DNA from: Cytophagales bacterium
GTDB lineage: Bacteria; Bacteroidota; Bacteroidia; Cytophagales; JAAEPT01
DNA: 64,000 nucleotides
Direction: 5' to 3'
NCBI GenBank assembly: GCA_965230415.1
Contig: CBDDKZ010000005.1
Location: forward strand, 2,415,060 to 2,479,059
Every line of letters begins with the position of its first letter. Positions within the stretch are counted from its first letter, which is position 1. Shown one piece after another: positions 48,129 through 58,615 of the stretch. The position numbers and the translations under genes were made by a program. The notes under the pieces were generated by a model that did not search any database, had not been told where the DNA came from, and saw nothing but the letters and a program-made list of their open reading frames with translations.

Positions 48129-49406
48129 TTAGTTTCCGGTACTAATTATTTTTTGATACTCACCAAAATATTTATCTAGTATAAGTGCGTTAAAGAGCAA
48201 TTCTCCCTGAAGTCGATAGCCAAGGCTGGTGAGGTGGATGTAATCACGTTTTCCTAAACCGTATTCTCGCCACTTTTTCATGGAGTTGAGTCCTCCCATA
48301 ATGTTATAAAAATCCCAAAGGGCAAATTTGTTTTTCTGGGCTATTCGCCCGAGTTCCCTGACAACCTTGATATTATCGTTATTTGTGTAACGTCTCCTGC
48401 GTAAATTGTCTCCAGGAGTGGTGATAAGTACTGAAGTGTTTGGTGCTGCCTCTTTTATCCAAGACACAATTTTTTGTACGTGCTGTTTAAACTCTTCGAC
48501 GTTAAAAGGACTGTTGTAGGCATCATTAGTGCCTAGTGATAAAACAATTAAATCCGGATTTAATGATTTAAGGTGGTCTATAAATCGCCCGCATTTGAGA
48601 TAGGAATCATATTTTGCTCCATTAACCCCAATCGATGAATAAATAATACCAGGGTCATTATTGTAAAAAGATAAGCCCTGAATCAGGAAGTGATTCTGAT
48701 AGGGTTTCGTTTTGAGCAATTTGAAATTAAATTCTTCATAATTGCTGTCTAGTTGAAAGGTGACAAACCCATTTGAATCAGGGATGCCTTGTTGCAGGCG
48801 ATCCTCTACCAATAAGCGAAGCTCATAGCTCGTACTGTCTTCTGTAGGATAATAAACACGTACTTCTCTCGCCTCGTAAAACTGATGGCTATCCTTGAGG
48901 CCATTGAGTTTAATGGTGAACTTTGCGGAAGGATCATAAGTAAGAGCTGTAACTCCGGCCAATCCCCAATCACTTTTGTATTTATTTAAAGAATTACGGA
49001 AACCGGTCCATTTACCCCGGGATAAACTAATGTAATTAGAAGGGTTATTGGTTTTTGCGACTGAATAAGGGAATAAGAACCCCCTGCCTCCGTTCCCAAA
49101 ATAAGGTACATCTATCAACTTATCTCGTACATGATTTGTGAAAAAATCTGCCTGAATATGTGAATCACCAATATGTACTACATGTACTTTGTTTTGTTTT
49201 CCATGCGCAAGTCCGTCCAGAGCCTGAAAGAAGTGCTCCAGCGCGGCGGGTGAGTTCATGATGATTTTGTTCTTGTTGTAAGAAACGAAATTATAATAAT
49301 CGGGCTCGAATATGCCATCCGGTATGTTTTGTGATTTTAAAACGGAAAGACCGCTAATACATATGATTAACAGACTACAAATTTTTCTTATAGACTCCAT
49401 ATTCAT
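48129..49406 (-). CDS. Secreted SGNH/GDSL-like hydrolase-fold protein (probable O-acetyltransferase/esterase partner of MBOAT, AlgJ/AlgX/PatB-like)
   Basis: The start is set at an internal ATG that gives the signal peptide MNMESIRKICSLLIICISGLSVLKS. The listed ORF starts at 49484. An SGNH-like block VVHIGDSHIQAD and a C-terminal GTNDAYN..DYIHLT-type motif are present. Confidence 0.6.
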   Translation of the reverse strand: MNMESIRKICSLLIICISGLSVLKSQNIPDGIFEPDYYNFVSYNKNKIIMNSPAALEHFFQALDGLAHGKQNKVHVVHIGDSHIQADFFTNHVRDKLIDVPYFGNGGRGFLFPYSVAKTNNPSNYISLSRGKWTGFRNSLNKYKSDWGLAGVTALTYDPSAKFTIKLNGLKDSHQFYEAREVRVYYPTEDSTSYELRLLVEDRLQQGIPDSNGFVTFQLDSNYEEFNFKLLKTKPYQNHFLIQGLSFYNNDPGIIYSSIGVNGAKYDSYLKCGRFIDHLKSLNPDLIVLSLGTNDAYNSPFNVEEFKQHVQKIVSWIKEAAPNTSVLITTPGDNLRRRRYTNNDNIKVVRELGRIAQKNKFALWDFYNIMGGLNSMKKWREYGLGKRDYIHLTSLGYRLQGELLFNALILDKYFGEYQKIISTGN

Positions 49407-50895
49407 GCATAATAGCGTTAAACAACAATTCAGCCACGAAGCCGGCTCCTTTATTAGTGAAATGTGTATAGTCCTTTCCCGCAAGGGCCGGAGAGTGGTT
49501 GACCCAGCTTACCATAGCATTATGCCCGCCCATCACTTCATAAAGATCCCAAAATGCACAACCGGTTTCGAAGGCAGCTTCTTTTTGGGCGTCTCTTATC
49601 ATTTCAATGTTTCCGTAACTTTCATAGTGATCTTCTACCAGCTTTGACATGTCTGAAACCCCTACTACTAAAATATCCAGATCCGGCATCAAAGACTTAA
49701 GAAATTTGAGTTGCTGAATGTACCTCCTTTTCAAGAAAGCATAATTTTCAAGCTCTCCAGGTACTACATTCACTCCAAACTGAAAAATGATCAATCGAGG
49801 GTTTAGTTTTCGAAATTGTTGTGCCAGTATATTGCCATTCATACGCGTAAATTCGGTGCCCGAACTACCCCTTAAACCTATATTGTCAACAGCAATACCT
49901 TCGTTACAATCAAGGGCTACGCCATAGAATTGCGGACTCTCCTTAGCTTCGAAGTGAAAATGTAATTCGTCAAATTCTCCTTCAAAATTTGTGTTGTTGA
50001 GTCTAAACGCATTTGAAGGCCTTAATTGAGTGCTTTTAAGGGTGTCTTCGCCAGAAACCAATGTAAACAAGGTTTCACGGGCAGTCGGTCCATATAGTAA
50101 TTTGATGCTTTGAAAGGTCTTTTTTTGTCTGTATTTTTTGTAAGGCCTTTTAAGGGTAAAAAAGGCCTTGTAGAGAGTGGTGTCAACAATTAAACTATCA
50201 TTTACTACCAGGCTGTCAGTTACATGCGGAATGGTGTCATTGATCGTTAAAGGTGTAAAAGCAAAATAACTTCCCAAGAGACTGAATTTTCGATCGAACT
50301 TTTTTTCATATTTTGGCCCATAAACAGGGTAGCGTGTCCAGTTACCGTCCTGTTCACTAAATAGTGTACGTCTAATATTTGTAGGTTCAAAAACAGGAAC
50401 TATTCCCACTCCGCATCCTCCAAAACGACTCTGAAATTTATTTCTAAGGTAAGAAGTTATTCGGTCTCCTTCGAGTTGAGAGTCACCATAATGAAAAATG
50501 CGTACAAGGCCTTGTGCCGTTTCGTTATTTAGGCTTAAGAAAAAATTTGCAAGTGCTGTGCTATTATTTTCAGGGTATTGAATTCTGAAATTTTCGTGAA
50601 GAACTTCTTCTAAAGATTTAATCTCCGGTTCTTTTTCAATAACAGTCGAATCTAAAGATGTCGTGGAGTCAGCTTCCAAATGTGGGAAGTCCTGCAATTG
50701 TTCTACAGTGGACAGCACCTTGGAAATATCCTTCTTTACTACCTTTTTTTGTTTAAAAACATCAGTGTAGTTGAATTTTTTCCACGTACTTCCCGCTATG
50801 ATCTCTACTTCGTTTTGAGGGTAAAGTATCATAATTACACCTAAAACGGCGAAAATGTAAACAAGGATAAGTAAAGGCCGATAGGGCTTTATCAT
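49375..50895 (-). CDS. Membrane-anchored SGNH-like hydrolase-fold protein (second MBOAT partner)
   Basis: 506 aa with an N-terminal TM anchor (LLILVYIFAVLGVIMIL). IFHYGDSQLEGD and a C-terminal DYTHFT-type motif are present. It is the first gene of the minus-strand operon. Confidence 0.6.
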   Translation of the reverse strand: MIKPYRPLLILVYIFAVLGVIMILYPQNEVEIIAGSTWKKFNYTDVFKQKKVVKKDISKVLSTVEQLQDFPHLEADSTTSLDSTVIEKEPEIKSLEEVLHENFRIQYPENNSTALANFFLSLNNETAQGLVRIFHYGDSQLEGDRITSYLRNKFQSRFGGCGVGIVPVFEPTNIRRTLFSEQDGNWTRYPVYGPKYEKKFDRKFSLLGSYFAFTPLTINDTIPHVTDSLVVNDSLIVDTTLYKAFFTLKRPYKKYRQKKTFQSIKLLYGPTARETLFTLVSGEDTLKSTQLRPSNAFRLNNTNFEGEFDELHFHFEAKESPQFYGVALDCNEGIAVDNIGLRGSSGTEFTRMNGNILAQQFRKLNPRLIIFQFGVNVVPGELENYAFLKRRYIQQLKFLKSLMPDLDILVVGVSDMSKLVEDHYESYGNIEMIRDAQKEAAFETGCAFWDLYEVMGGHNAMVSWVNHSPALAGKDYTHFTNKGAGFVAELLFNAIMHEYGVYKKNL

Positions 50896-51067
50896 ATTAA
50901 TTAAAGAAGAACGTGCTAATTTAAATGAATATGATCAATCATAAAAATCGATAAGCAGGGGAAATGGAAAATAAATCTGATTGTGCGTGTGCCGTTGGCA
51001 CTTAAATTAATCATATTGCGCATGGTTTTCTTACAGTTAAATAGCTATATTGGGATATACTTTTGAA

Positions 51068-51673
51068 ATGCAGGAGAAAAGAAAAATACCTTATTACTGT
51101 TTTTTTGTACTTATATTTCTATTGGCAGGATGTTTTTCACCTGTCACCACCGAAAATGAATTTCAGAATCAGGGTTCGGAAAATGATCCATTGTTGTTAA
51201 GAACATTTGATGAATATGATGAGCGCCTTCAGAAAGTGCTGCTAAACTCTACTGATTTTTTTAGAGGTATTACCCCCGGTATGTCCAAAGCCGATGTTCG
51301 TGGAATGGAGAAGGCGCAATTCGAAGAATTAGAACTGGACTCGCTGGGAAAAGAGATCTTAAGATATTCACTAAATTTTAATTTGAGAGAGAATGCGGAT
51401 ATAGAGTACTTTTTCGGACTTGGCGACAGCTTGAGTCTTATTCAAACAGTGATGTATTTTAGTGCTCAGGAGACACGAGATTCTGTTCAAAACGATTTTA
51501 TAGAGTACTTTGATAATCAGTATGATATTGTAAGCGAAGACCATAAAATCAGACAATGGCAGATCGATTCCGTCTTAAATTTGGTTATATACTCAGAAGG
51601 TGATTTACAGCACCCCAATTTGGTGTTGAAAATTGGCGCTGAGAATGAGTTAATTGCCTCTCAGATGTACTGA
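51068..51673 (+). CDS. Hypothetical lipoprotein
   Basis: Start chosen at MQEKRKIPYYCFFVLIFLLAGC (lipobox). The listed ORF begins 18 nt earlier. Confidence 0.45.
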   Translation: MQEKRKIPYYCFFVLIFLLAGCFSPVTTENEFQNQGSENDPLLLRTFDEYDERLQKVLLNSTDFFRGITPGMSKADVRGMEKAQFEELELDSLGKEILRYSLNFNLRENADIEYFFGLGDSLSLIQTVMYFSAQETRDSVQNDFIEYFDNQYDIVSEDHKIRQWQIDSVLNLVIYSEGDLQHPNLVLKIGAENELIASQMY

Positions 51674-51743
51674 TAAACTAAAAGTGAAATTGGTTTCTAA
51701 AAACTGAGGGGCTATATTTGGGATAAATAAAAACAGAGATACA

Positions 51744-53138
51744 ATGTCAGCAAAATACGATGTAATTGTAATAGGCAGCGGTCCTGGTGGATACGTAGCC
51801 GCTATTCGTGCCTCGCAATTGGGGAAAAAAGTGGGAGTGGTAGAAAAAGCCGAGCTGGGAGGTATTTGCCTTAACTGGGGCTGTATTCCTACGAAAGCTT
51901 TGTTGAAAAGTGCTCAGGTATTTGAATATATTCAACATGCTGAAGATTATGGGATTGCTGTTTCGAAGCCTAAAGCCAATATTGGTGATATGGTAAAAAG
52001 AAGCCGCGATGTAGCGGCCGGTATGAGTAAAGGTATTCAGTTTCTTTTTAAGAAAAATAAAATTGACCACATTCAGGGCTTTGGTAAGTTAGCTGGTTCT
52101 AAGAAAGTACATGTTACCGATGAAGAAGGGACAATGACGGAGTACACCGCCGAACATATAATCATAGCAACGGGAGGAAGATCACGTGAACTACCAAATT
52201 TACCAATAGACGGTAAAAAAATTATTGGTTATCGCGAAGCACTTGTACTCGATAAGCAGCCAAAAGAAATGGTCATTGTTGGTTCAGGAGCAATAGGTGT
52301 AGAGTTTGCTTATTTTTATGCCGCAATAGGTACGAAAGTTACTGTCGTCGAATATTTGCCAAATATTGTACCTAATGAAGACTTGGATGTTTCGAAGGCG
52401 CTGGAAAGAAATTTCAAGAAGCAGGGAATTGAGGTCATGACTAATGCTTCTGTGGAATCTGTAGATACAAAAGGTAAGCGTTGCAAAGTGAATGTTAAAA
52501 CAGCCAAAGGAGATGTAACCTTAGATGCAGACGTGGTACTTTCAGCAGTAGGTGTTTCAACAAACATTGAAGGTATAGGCCTTGAAGACGTTGGAATTGC
52601 CACAGACAAAGGAAAAGTGCTGGTAGACGATTATTATCAAACGAATATACCCGGAGTATATGCTATTGGTGATATAGTACATGGTCCTGCACTGGCACAT
52701 GTTGCTTCTGCCGAAGGAATTATCTGTGTGGAAAAATTCTGCGGAGAGAATCCTGGGCCATTAAACTACGGAAATATTCCTGGTTGTACTTACTGTAGTC
52801 CTGAAATAGCCTCAGTAGGTCTAACGGAGCAAAAGGCCAAAGAGGAAGGTTACGAAGTGAAAGTAGGTAAGTTTCCGTTCTCGGCATCAGGTAAAGCGAG
52901 CGCTGCCGGTGCAAAAGACGGATTTATAAAAGTAATATTTGATGCGAAGTATGGTGAGTGGTTAGGTGCTCATATGATTGGTGCAAATGTCACTGAAATG
53001 ATTGCTGAAGTCGTTGTTGCCAGAAACCTTGAAACTACTGGGCACGAAATAATTAAATCGGTTCATCCGCATCCAACCATGTCAGAGGCAGTGATGGAAG
53101 CTGCAGCCGCTGCATACGATGAAGTTATTCACATATAG
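51744..53138 (+). CDS. lpdA: Dihydrolipoyl dehydrogenase (E3 component)
   Basis: 464 aa with FAD motif VIVIGSGPGGYVAA, redox disulfide GGICLNWGCIPTKAL, and a C-terminal dimerisation domain with HPHPT.SE. Confidence 0.93.
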   Translation: MSAKYDVIVIGSGPGGYVAAIRASQLGKKVGVVEKAELGGICLNWGCIPTKALLKSAQVFEYIQHAEDYGIAVSKPKANIGDMVKRSRDVAAGMSKGIQFLFKKNKIDHIQGFGKLAGSKKVHVTDEEGTMTEYTAEHIIIATGGRSRELPNLPIDGKKIIGYREALVLDKQPKEMVIVGSGAIGVEFAYFYAAIGTKVTVVEYLPNIVPNEDLDVSKALERNFKKQGIEVMTNASVESVDTKGKRCKVNVKTAKGDVTLDADVVLSAVGVSTNIEGIGLEDVGIATDKGKVLVDDYYQTNIPGVYAIGDIVHGPALAHVASAEGIICVEKFCGENPGPLNYGNIPGCTYCSPEIASVGLTEQKAKEEGYEVKVGKFPFSASGKASAAGAKDGFIKVIFDAKYGEWLGAHMIGANVTEMIAEVVVARNLETTGHEIIKSVHPHPTMSEAVMEAAAAAYDEVIHI

Positions 53139-53161
53139 TTACTCTATTAAAACAATCATTA

Positions 53162-53199
53162 AAACCTTTCGTTTTCTTATTGAACGAAAGGTTTTTTTT
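53162..53199 (+). terminator. Rho-independent terminator of lpdA
   Basis: A perfect 12-bp stem (aaacctttcgtt / aacgaaaggttt) with a 9-nt loop is followed by an 8-nt T-run. Confidence 0.65.
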
Positions 53200-53229
53200 A
53201 TATATTTCTGAAAATAAAACATCCTTTAA

Positions 53230-54567
53230 ATGACACCACGCAAAAAAAAGGTTCAGCGTATATTTGTTTTAGACACGTCTGTAATTTTACATGATCATAA
53301 CGCTTTTCAGGCGTTTGAGGAACACGATGTTGTTATTCCCATATCTGTTCTTGAAGAGTTAGATACTTTCAAAAAAGGGAACGACACAATCAACTTTGAG
53401 GCGCGTGAATTTTCGAGGAAACTCGACGCTTTTTCCGAGGGAGCAACTTTGCACGAATGGATGCCTATCGACGGGGACAAGCTTGGTAACTTTAAAGTAG
53501 AAATGAACGAATCTGCTGACCCGAATGCATGTGAAGTATTTGGCGAAGATAAAGCAGACCATCGGATTTTAAATGTAGCACTTCAACTAAAAATTGATTA
53601 TCCGAAAAAAGAAATTCGATTAATATCTAAGGATATCAATCTGCGAATTAAAGCAAAGTCACTCAATATTAAATCCGACGATTACAGAAAGGGGAAAATC
53701 AAAGACGTTTCTTCTTTATATAAAGGCAAATCGGAGGAAAATAACGTGAACAACGACATCATAGATAAAATCTATGATAATGGATCGGTGCCTTATCAGG
53801 AAGTTTTTGAAGAACAACCTGTACCTAATCACTACTATATTATCAAAAATGGCAAATCATCTGTACTTACAACCTATAATCACGAGGAAGGTAGTGTGGA
53901 ACGAGTGGAGAAACGTAGTGCTTATGGAATAAAACCAAGAAATGCGGAGCAGGTCTTTGCTATGCATGCCATACTTGATCCCAAAATTAAATTGGTTACA
54001 CTCTCCGGGGTAGCGGGTACAGGAAAGACGTTATTGGCATTATCAGGTGCTATTGAGCAAAAATCTAATTTTAGACAGATCTATTTGGCACGTCCAATTG
54101 TGCCTTTAAGTAATAAAGATATTGGTTATTTACCAGGTGATATCAAATCCAAGTTAAATCCCTATATGGAACCCTTGTGGGATAACCTGAAAATGATTCA
54201 GAGTCAATTCAAGGAAACTGACAGGGATTACAAAAAAATCACCGATATGGTAGAGCAGGAGAAATTGGTTATAACTCCTTTGGCATACATTCGCGGTAGA
54301 AGCCTTTCGAATATTATTTTCATAGTGGATGAAGCGCAAAACTTAACACCACATGAGATAAAGACGATTATTACTCGTGCGGGTGAGAATACTAAAATAA
54401 TATTCACCGGCGATATATTTCAAATAGATTCCCCCTACCTTGACTCTCAAAGCAATGGCTTATCTTATTTGATCGATCGTATTAATAAGCATGAGTTACA
54501 TGCTCACGTTACCCTTGAAAAAGGTGAACGTTCAGAATTGGCGAATATCGCTAATGACCTATTATAA
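53230..54567 (+). CDS. PhoH-like ATPase with N-terminal PIN domain (YlaK family)
   Basis: 445 aa. An N-terminal PIN (IFVLDTSVILHD) precedes the PhoH P-loop LSGVAGTGKTLLAL and Walker B IIFIVDEAQN. Confidence 0.85.
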   Translation: MTPRKKKVQRIFVLDTSVILHDHNAFQAFEEHDVVIPISVLEELDTFKKGNDTINFEAREFSRKLDAFSEGATLHEWMPIDGDKLGNFKVEMNESADPNACEVFGEDKADHRILNVALQLKIDYPKKEIRLISKDINLRIKAKSLNIKSDDYRKGKIKDVSSLYKGKSEENNVNNDIIDKIYDNGSVPYQEVFEEQPVPNHYYIIKNGKSSVLTTYNHEEGSVERVEKRSAYGIKPRNAEQVFAMHAILDPKIKLVTLSGVAGTGKTLLALSGAIEQKSNFRQIYLARPIVPLSNKDIGYLPGDIKSKLNPYMEPLWDNLKMIQSQFKETDRDYKKITDMVEQEKLVITPLAYIRGRSLSNIIFIVDEAQNLTPHEIKTIITRAGENTKIIFTGDIFQIDSPYLDSQSNGLSYLIDRINKHELHAHVTLEKGERSELANIANDLL

Positions 54568-54590
54568 AATCTAAATTCGTTCTGTACATA

Positions 54591-55040
54591 ATGAACAATT
54601 ACCTATACCCCGTTCTACTATTGTTATTGGTAGTCTCAGCGAAAGTGCATGCTCAGAATAATGATTCGAGAAGTGTATTAATAAGTAAACTTAACTATTG
54701 TTCACAGGAAGTTGAAGAGTTGGAAGGGAAAGTACAGAAATATAAACAGTTTTTAGACCTTCAAACTAAAGAGGTGCAGCACCTCAAGCAACAGCTTCTG
54801 GAAAAAGAAGAAGAGAAAACCAAAGTTGAAATTGAGAAAAAAGAACTCGTTGAGATCTCTCTTGATATTTTGGAGTTAGCTAAAAAATTTGAGCGTTCAG
54901 GGCAACCCGAAGCAGCGCTGGAAGTGTATAAACTCTTGATTAAAGTTTATCCTTCCAGCTTGGAAGCTGCCTCGTCTCGTTTAAAAGTAGATGAGATAAA
55001 TGAACGTAATAAGATGTCTTCTACCGGAAAGAAAAAATAA
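54591..55040 (+). CDS. Secreted coiled-coil hypothetical protein
   Basis: 149 aa with a signal peptide and a heptad-rich middle region. Confidence 0.45.
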   Translation: MNNYLYPVLLLLLVVSAKVHAQNNDSRSVLISKLNYCSQEVEELEGKVQKYKQFLDLQTKEVQHLKQQLLEKEEEKTKVEIEKKELVEISLDILELAKKFERSGQPEAALEVYKLLIKVYPSSLEAASSRLKVDEINERNKMSSTGKKK

Positions 55041-55477
55041 TGCCGCTAAAGTTAGCATTACCACCCGTTAAACCTCTTTTTACCACTAAAATACGTGTCA
55101 GAGTTTCGGAAGTAAACTATGGAGCTCATGTTGGAAATGAGTCTTACCTGGTATATGCTCAGGAAATCAGAGTGCGGTTTTTGGAGTCTTTTGATTGTAA
55201 AGAGACGAATATTGGCAATCAGCTTGGGCTTATCATGTCCGACGCACAACTCGTTTATAAGTCTGAATCTTTCTTGGGAAATGAACTTGAGGTAAGTCTT
55301 TATGCAGATGAGGTTTCTAAATTTGGATTTAACTTTTTCTATCGAATCTTCAATTTAACTACAAGCAAAGATGCCGCAATAATAGCCACCGGGATGATTT
55401 GTTTCAATTACGAAAAGAGAAAAGTTGTTTCATTACCTGAAGCATTTGCTATTAAGTTGAAAAGCAACGATTTGTAG
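55040..55477 (+). CDS. Hotdog-fold acyl-CoA thioesterase (4HBT-like)
   Basis: 145 aa. IRVRVSEVNYGAHVGNESYLVYAQE is typical of 4HBT-family thioesterases. The start is coupled to the upstream stop (TAATG). Confidence 0.65.
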   Translation: MPLKLALPPVKPLFTTKIRVRVSEVNYGAHVGNESYLVYAQEIRVRFLESFDCKETNIGNQLGLIMSDAQLVYKSESFLGNELEVSLYADEVSKFGFNFFYRIFNLTTSKDAAIIATGMICFNYEKRKVVSLPEAFAIKLKSNDL

Positions 55478-55557
55478 GGAATTGGATAGTGCTTATCTGG
55501 AATTTTTAATTAAACGGCGTTGTCAAGTCGAGCAAAATAAAGCCTAAAGAGTAATGA

Positions 55558-56355
55558 TTAGTATTTGGTTCTTGCGTGTTCCGGGCGGTGGAATTTGTAT
55601 TCTACGCCAACAGCCACAGCCATTGTTGTATTGTGCGAACCTTTTCTACTATCGTTACCTTCCAGGTTATAGGCACCCAAATCACCGAAACTACCGATGT
55701 CTTCTACAGAACTAACACTCCAGTCACTTCGTGCTATTACATAAAAATTGAACCATTTGGTATATTTGAAATCTAAACCAAAACCCAGACTTGCGTCAAA
55801 TAAATACTTTTTCCAATAACTGTCGTCTGCTACAGGAAGGTCATAAAAGTCGTGATCTGATCTTTTTTCCCATGATACAATTCCACCATCTGCTTTAATG
55901 AGGTAACTCAATTGAGGACCGGCAAATACAATGAAATTGATGTGGCGTTGAATTGGCATACTATATTCAGCACTTACAGCAAGTTTTCCATAAGTTAGGC
56001 GCTTTTTACCTTCATGTTCACCAAATTTCCCTCCTGGTATTCGGTATCTGGATTTGAATTTTTGGTTATGAGCTGAATAAATAAGGTCTCCACGTATTCC
56101 GAAACGAGGCTTGGAGTCTTTTAAGGTAAAACCATACCGCATACGATTACCCGTACGATTACCATTAAAAAAATGCACTATAAATATTCCTGCTCCTCCG
56201 GACATCGTTGGCACGTGCTGATAAATTTCGTCATTTCGATTTTCCTTATTATGAATAGATGTTACTTGTGGAAAACCGTATATTCCAATCTCTTGCCCTA
56301 GAACAAAGAATGAAGAGCAAAACAATAATATAGCTGAGATCAATAATCTATACAT
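55558..56355 (-). CDS. Outer-membrane beta-barrel (porin-like) hypothetical protein
   Basis: 265 aa with a signal peptide, alternating aromatic/hydrophilic beta-strand pattern and a C-terminal aromatic residue. Confidence 0.5.
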   Translation of the reverse strand: MYRLLISAILLFCSSFFVLGQEIGIYGFPQVTSIHNKENRNDEIYQHVPTMSGGAGIFIVHFFNGNRTGNRMRYGFTLKDSKPRFGIRGDLIYSAHNQKFKSRYRIPGGKFGEHEGKKRLTYGKLAVSAEYSMPIQRHINFIVFAGPQLSYLIKADGGIVSWEKRSDHDFYDLPVADDSYWKKYLFDASLGFGLDFKYTKWFNFYVIARSDWSVSSVEDIGSFGDLGAYNLEGNDSRKGSHNTTMAVAVGVEYKFHRPEHARTKY

Positions 56356-56488
56356 GACTTCTTTTACGTTTATAAAGATTCAGAAGTTTGCCTTAAGCTC
56401 TGAAATTTATCAACAATTAATTACAAATAAAAGCGCTAATTGAATTGTTTTACTCTCAGATGTTCTGGAGATAACAATTCGGTGATGT

Positions 56489-57403
56489 CTAATAGTCGAG
56501 AACATGAGGAACAATAAGCCGATTCGGTTCTTCATATTTAAGTAATTCCTTGTAATCGTTTCTGGCCGAACGATAATCTTTAATATTCATATAAGTGCGG
56601 GCTCTCATTTTATAGGCATGATAATCAGGGTTTAGTTCGATAGAAGCATTAAAGTCGCGAAGTGCATCATGATACCTGAATAACTCGAAATGAAGTATTC
56701 CTCTGTTTAACCAGGCGTCTGCATTATTGGGGTTTAATTCAATAGCTCTGTTATAGTCGCGCATGGCAGCAATATTTTCAAATTCGAAATAATGACAAAT
56801 ACCTCTGATACTATAAGCTTCATCTGAGTTCTCCTCTATCGTTAATGCCTTATTACAACTTTTGATGGCCTTTTTATATTGTTCGAGACGCAAATGTACC
56901 TGGGCTTTGGCCAGATAAGCTTCAACAAAGCCAGGTTCAAGTTCTATGGCTCTGGAAAAGTCCTTAATGGCTGCGTTTAACATAAAAATCTGGTATTTGT
57001 AATCCCCTCTTTCCTTATAATAGGTGGCATTGTTTTCACTTAATGAGATGGCCTTATCCATATAAGATATTGCATCTGCATACATACCAAATTTGCTCAA
57101 TATTTGAGCGTTTTTATAAAAATATTGAGGTTTATTTGGGCTCAGAGAAATTGCTTTTTCGCAACATTCAATAGCATTATTATTTTCACCGTCTGAATAG
57201 TAGAGCACCGCCAACTTGTAATGCAATTGCGAATTGTTAGGGTCTGACTTCAACTTTTCAATGATAAGGTTTATTTCTTGTTTGTTATTGGAGCAGACCT
57301 TACCGTTATTCTGTGCCAGAGACTTGTTTGTAATCAATGCGAGACAAAGCAGAAGAGTAAAGCATACCTTTAACGTTTTCGGATATTTGAGTTTAGTATT
57401 CAT
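56489..57403 (-). CDS. Tetratricopeptide-repeat lipoprotein
   Basis: 304 aa with a signal peptide and at least six TPR units (A..Y.RA.EL.P....A). Confidence 0.7.
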   Translation of the reverse strand: MNTKLKYPKTLKVCFTLLLCLALITNKSLAQNNGKVCSNNKQEINLIIEKLKSDPNNSQLHYKLAVLYYSDGENNNAIECCEKAISLSPNKPQYFYKNAQILSKFGMYADAISYMDKAISLSENNATYYKERGDYKYQIFMLNAAIKDFSRAIELEPGFVEAYLAKAQVHLRLEQYKKAIKSCNKALTIEENSDEAYSIRGICHYFEFENIAAMRDYNRAIELNPNNADAWLNRGILHFELFRYHDALRDFNASIELNPDYHAYKMRARTYMNIKDYRSARNDYKELLKYEEPNRLIVPHVLDY

Positions 57404-57571
57404 AATTGACTGGTGATAAGATACGATTGTTCAGTTCGGAAGGGTTGGTATCTTAAGCGCAAGATAAGAAATAAATATAAATTTTCCAGATATAGCGTCA
57501 TACGGGATAACACCTTGTGCTTTATTGGTTTTTATTCAAAGAATACTGTTTCATTTTGTATTTTTGTTGCT

Positions 57572-58615
57572 ATGCAAAAGAAGGACATCAGGAAATTGGA
57601 CCTGGAAGATATAAAGGTGTTTCTTATTGAAAACAAAGAGAAGGCATTTCGAGCTAAACAAATAATGGAATGGCTATGGAAGAAATCTGCCGTTTCTTTT
57701 GAGGAAATGACCAATTTATCATTGGCTACAAGAGAACTTTTGTCCCGGCATTTTGAAATTTTGCCTGTACAATTAGGAAATCAGCAGCAGAGTGACGACG
57801 GAACAATTAAATACCTATTTGATCTACACGATCAAAATCAGGTCGAAGGGGTGCTTATTCCTACTCCTGACAGAGTTACTGCTTGCATATCGTCGCAAGT
57901 GGGGTGTTCGTTATCGTGTAAATTTTGTGCAACCGGTTACCTGGACCGTAAAAGGAACCTGGACGGTGCAGAAATTTACGACCAGGTGGTACGTCTGAGA
58001 AATCAATCTTTGGAACATTACCAGATGCCCCTTACCAATATTGTGTATATGGGTATGGGCGAACCTTTACTTAATTACAAGAATGTACTCGATTCGATAA
58101 AGTATATTACTTCTGAAGTAGGATTGAATATGTCCCCTAAACGCATCACAGTTTCTACTGCCGGCATCTCAAAAATGATTAAAAAGTTGGGAGACGATGA
58201 AGTGAAGTTTGGACTCGCCCTGTCTTTGCATGCGGCAAACGATGAAAAAAGAAATCAGATTATGCCCATAAATGAGACTAATAGTCTCGAAGTATTGAAA
58301 GAGGCATTGAAATACTTTTACCAAAAAACCAAAAATAGCATCACCCTCGAATACATTGTTTTTAATGGTTTCAATGATAAAATAGAGGATGCACGCGAGT
58401 TGTATGATTTCGCAAAGCACGTCCCCTGTAAAATTAATATCATTGAATACAACCCGATTAGCAATGCGGAATTTTTGAACGCTGAAGACGATGCCATTGA
58501 CCTGTTTAAAGAATTTTTGGAACATAAAAAGCTTACCGTGAATGTTCGTAGAAGTAGAGGGAAAGATATAGATGCTGCCTGTGGCCAACTGGCAGGGAAG
58601 AAAAAGACGGCTTAG
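57572..58615 (+). CDS. rlmN: 23S rRNA (adenine2503-C2)/tRNA methyltransferase RlmN (radical SAM)
   Basis: Radical-SAM motif CISSQVGCSLSCKFCATG and the C-terminal catalytic Cys (DIDAACGQL) are present. The start is set at the internal ATG MQKKDIRKLD. The listed ORF starts at 57413. Confidence 0.9.
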   Translation: MQKKDIRKLDLEDIKVFLIENKEKAFRAKQIMEWLWKKSAVSFEEMTNLSLATRELLSRHFEILPVQLGNQQQSDDGTIKYLFDLHDQNQVEGVLIPTPDRVTACISSQVGCSLSCKFCATGYLDRKRNLDGAEIYDQVVRLRNQSLEHYQMPLTNIVYMGMGEPLLNYKNVLDSIKYITSEVGLNMSPKRITVSTAGISKMIKKLGDDEVKFGLALSLHAANDEKRNQIMPINETNSLEVLKEALKYFYQKTKNSITLEYIVFNGFNDKIEDARELYDFAKHVPCKINIIEYNPISNAEFLNAEDDAIDLFKEFLEHKKLTVNVRRSRGKDIDAACGQLAGKKKTA

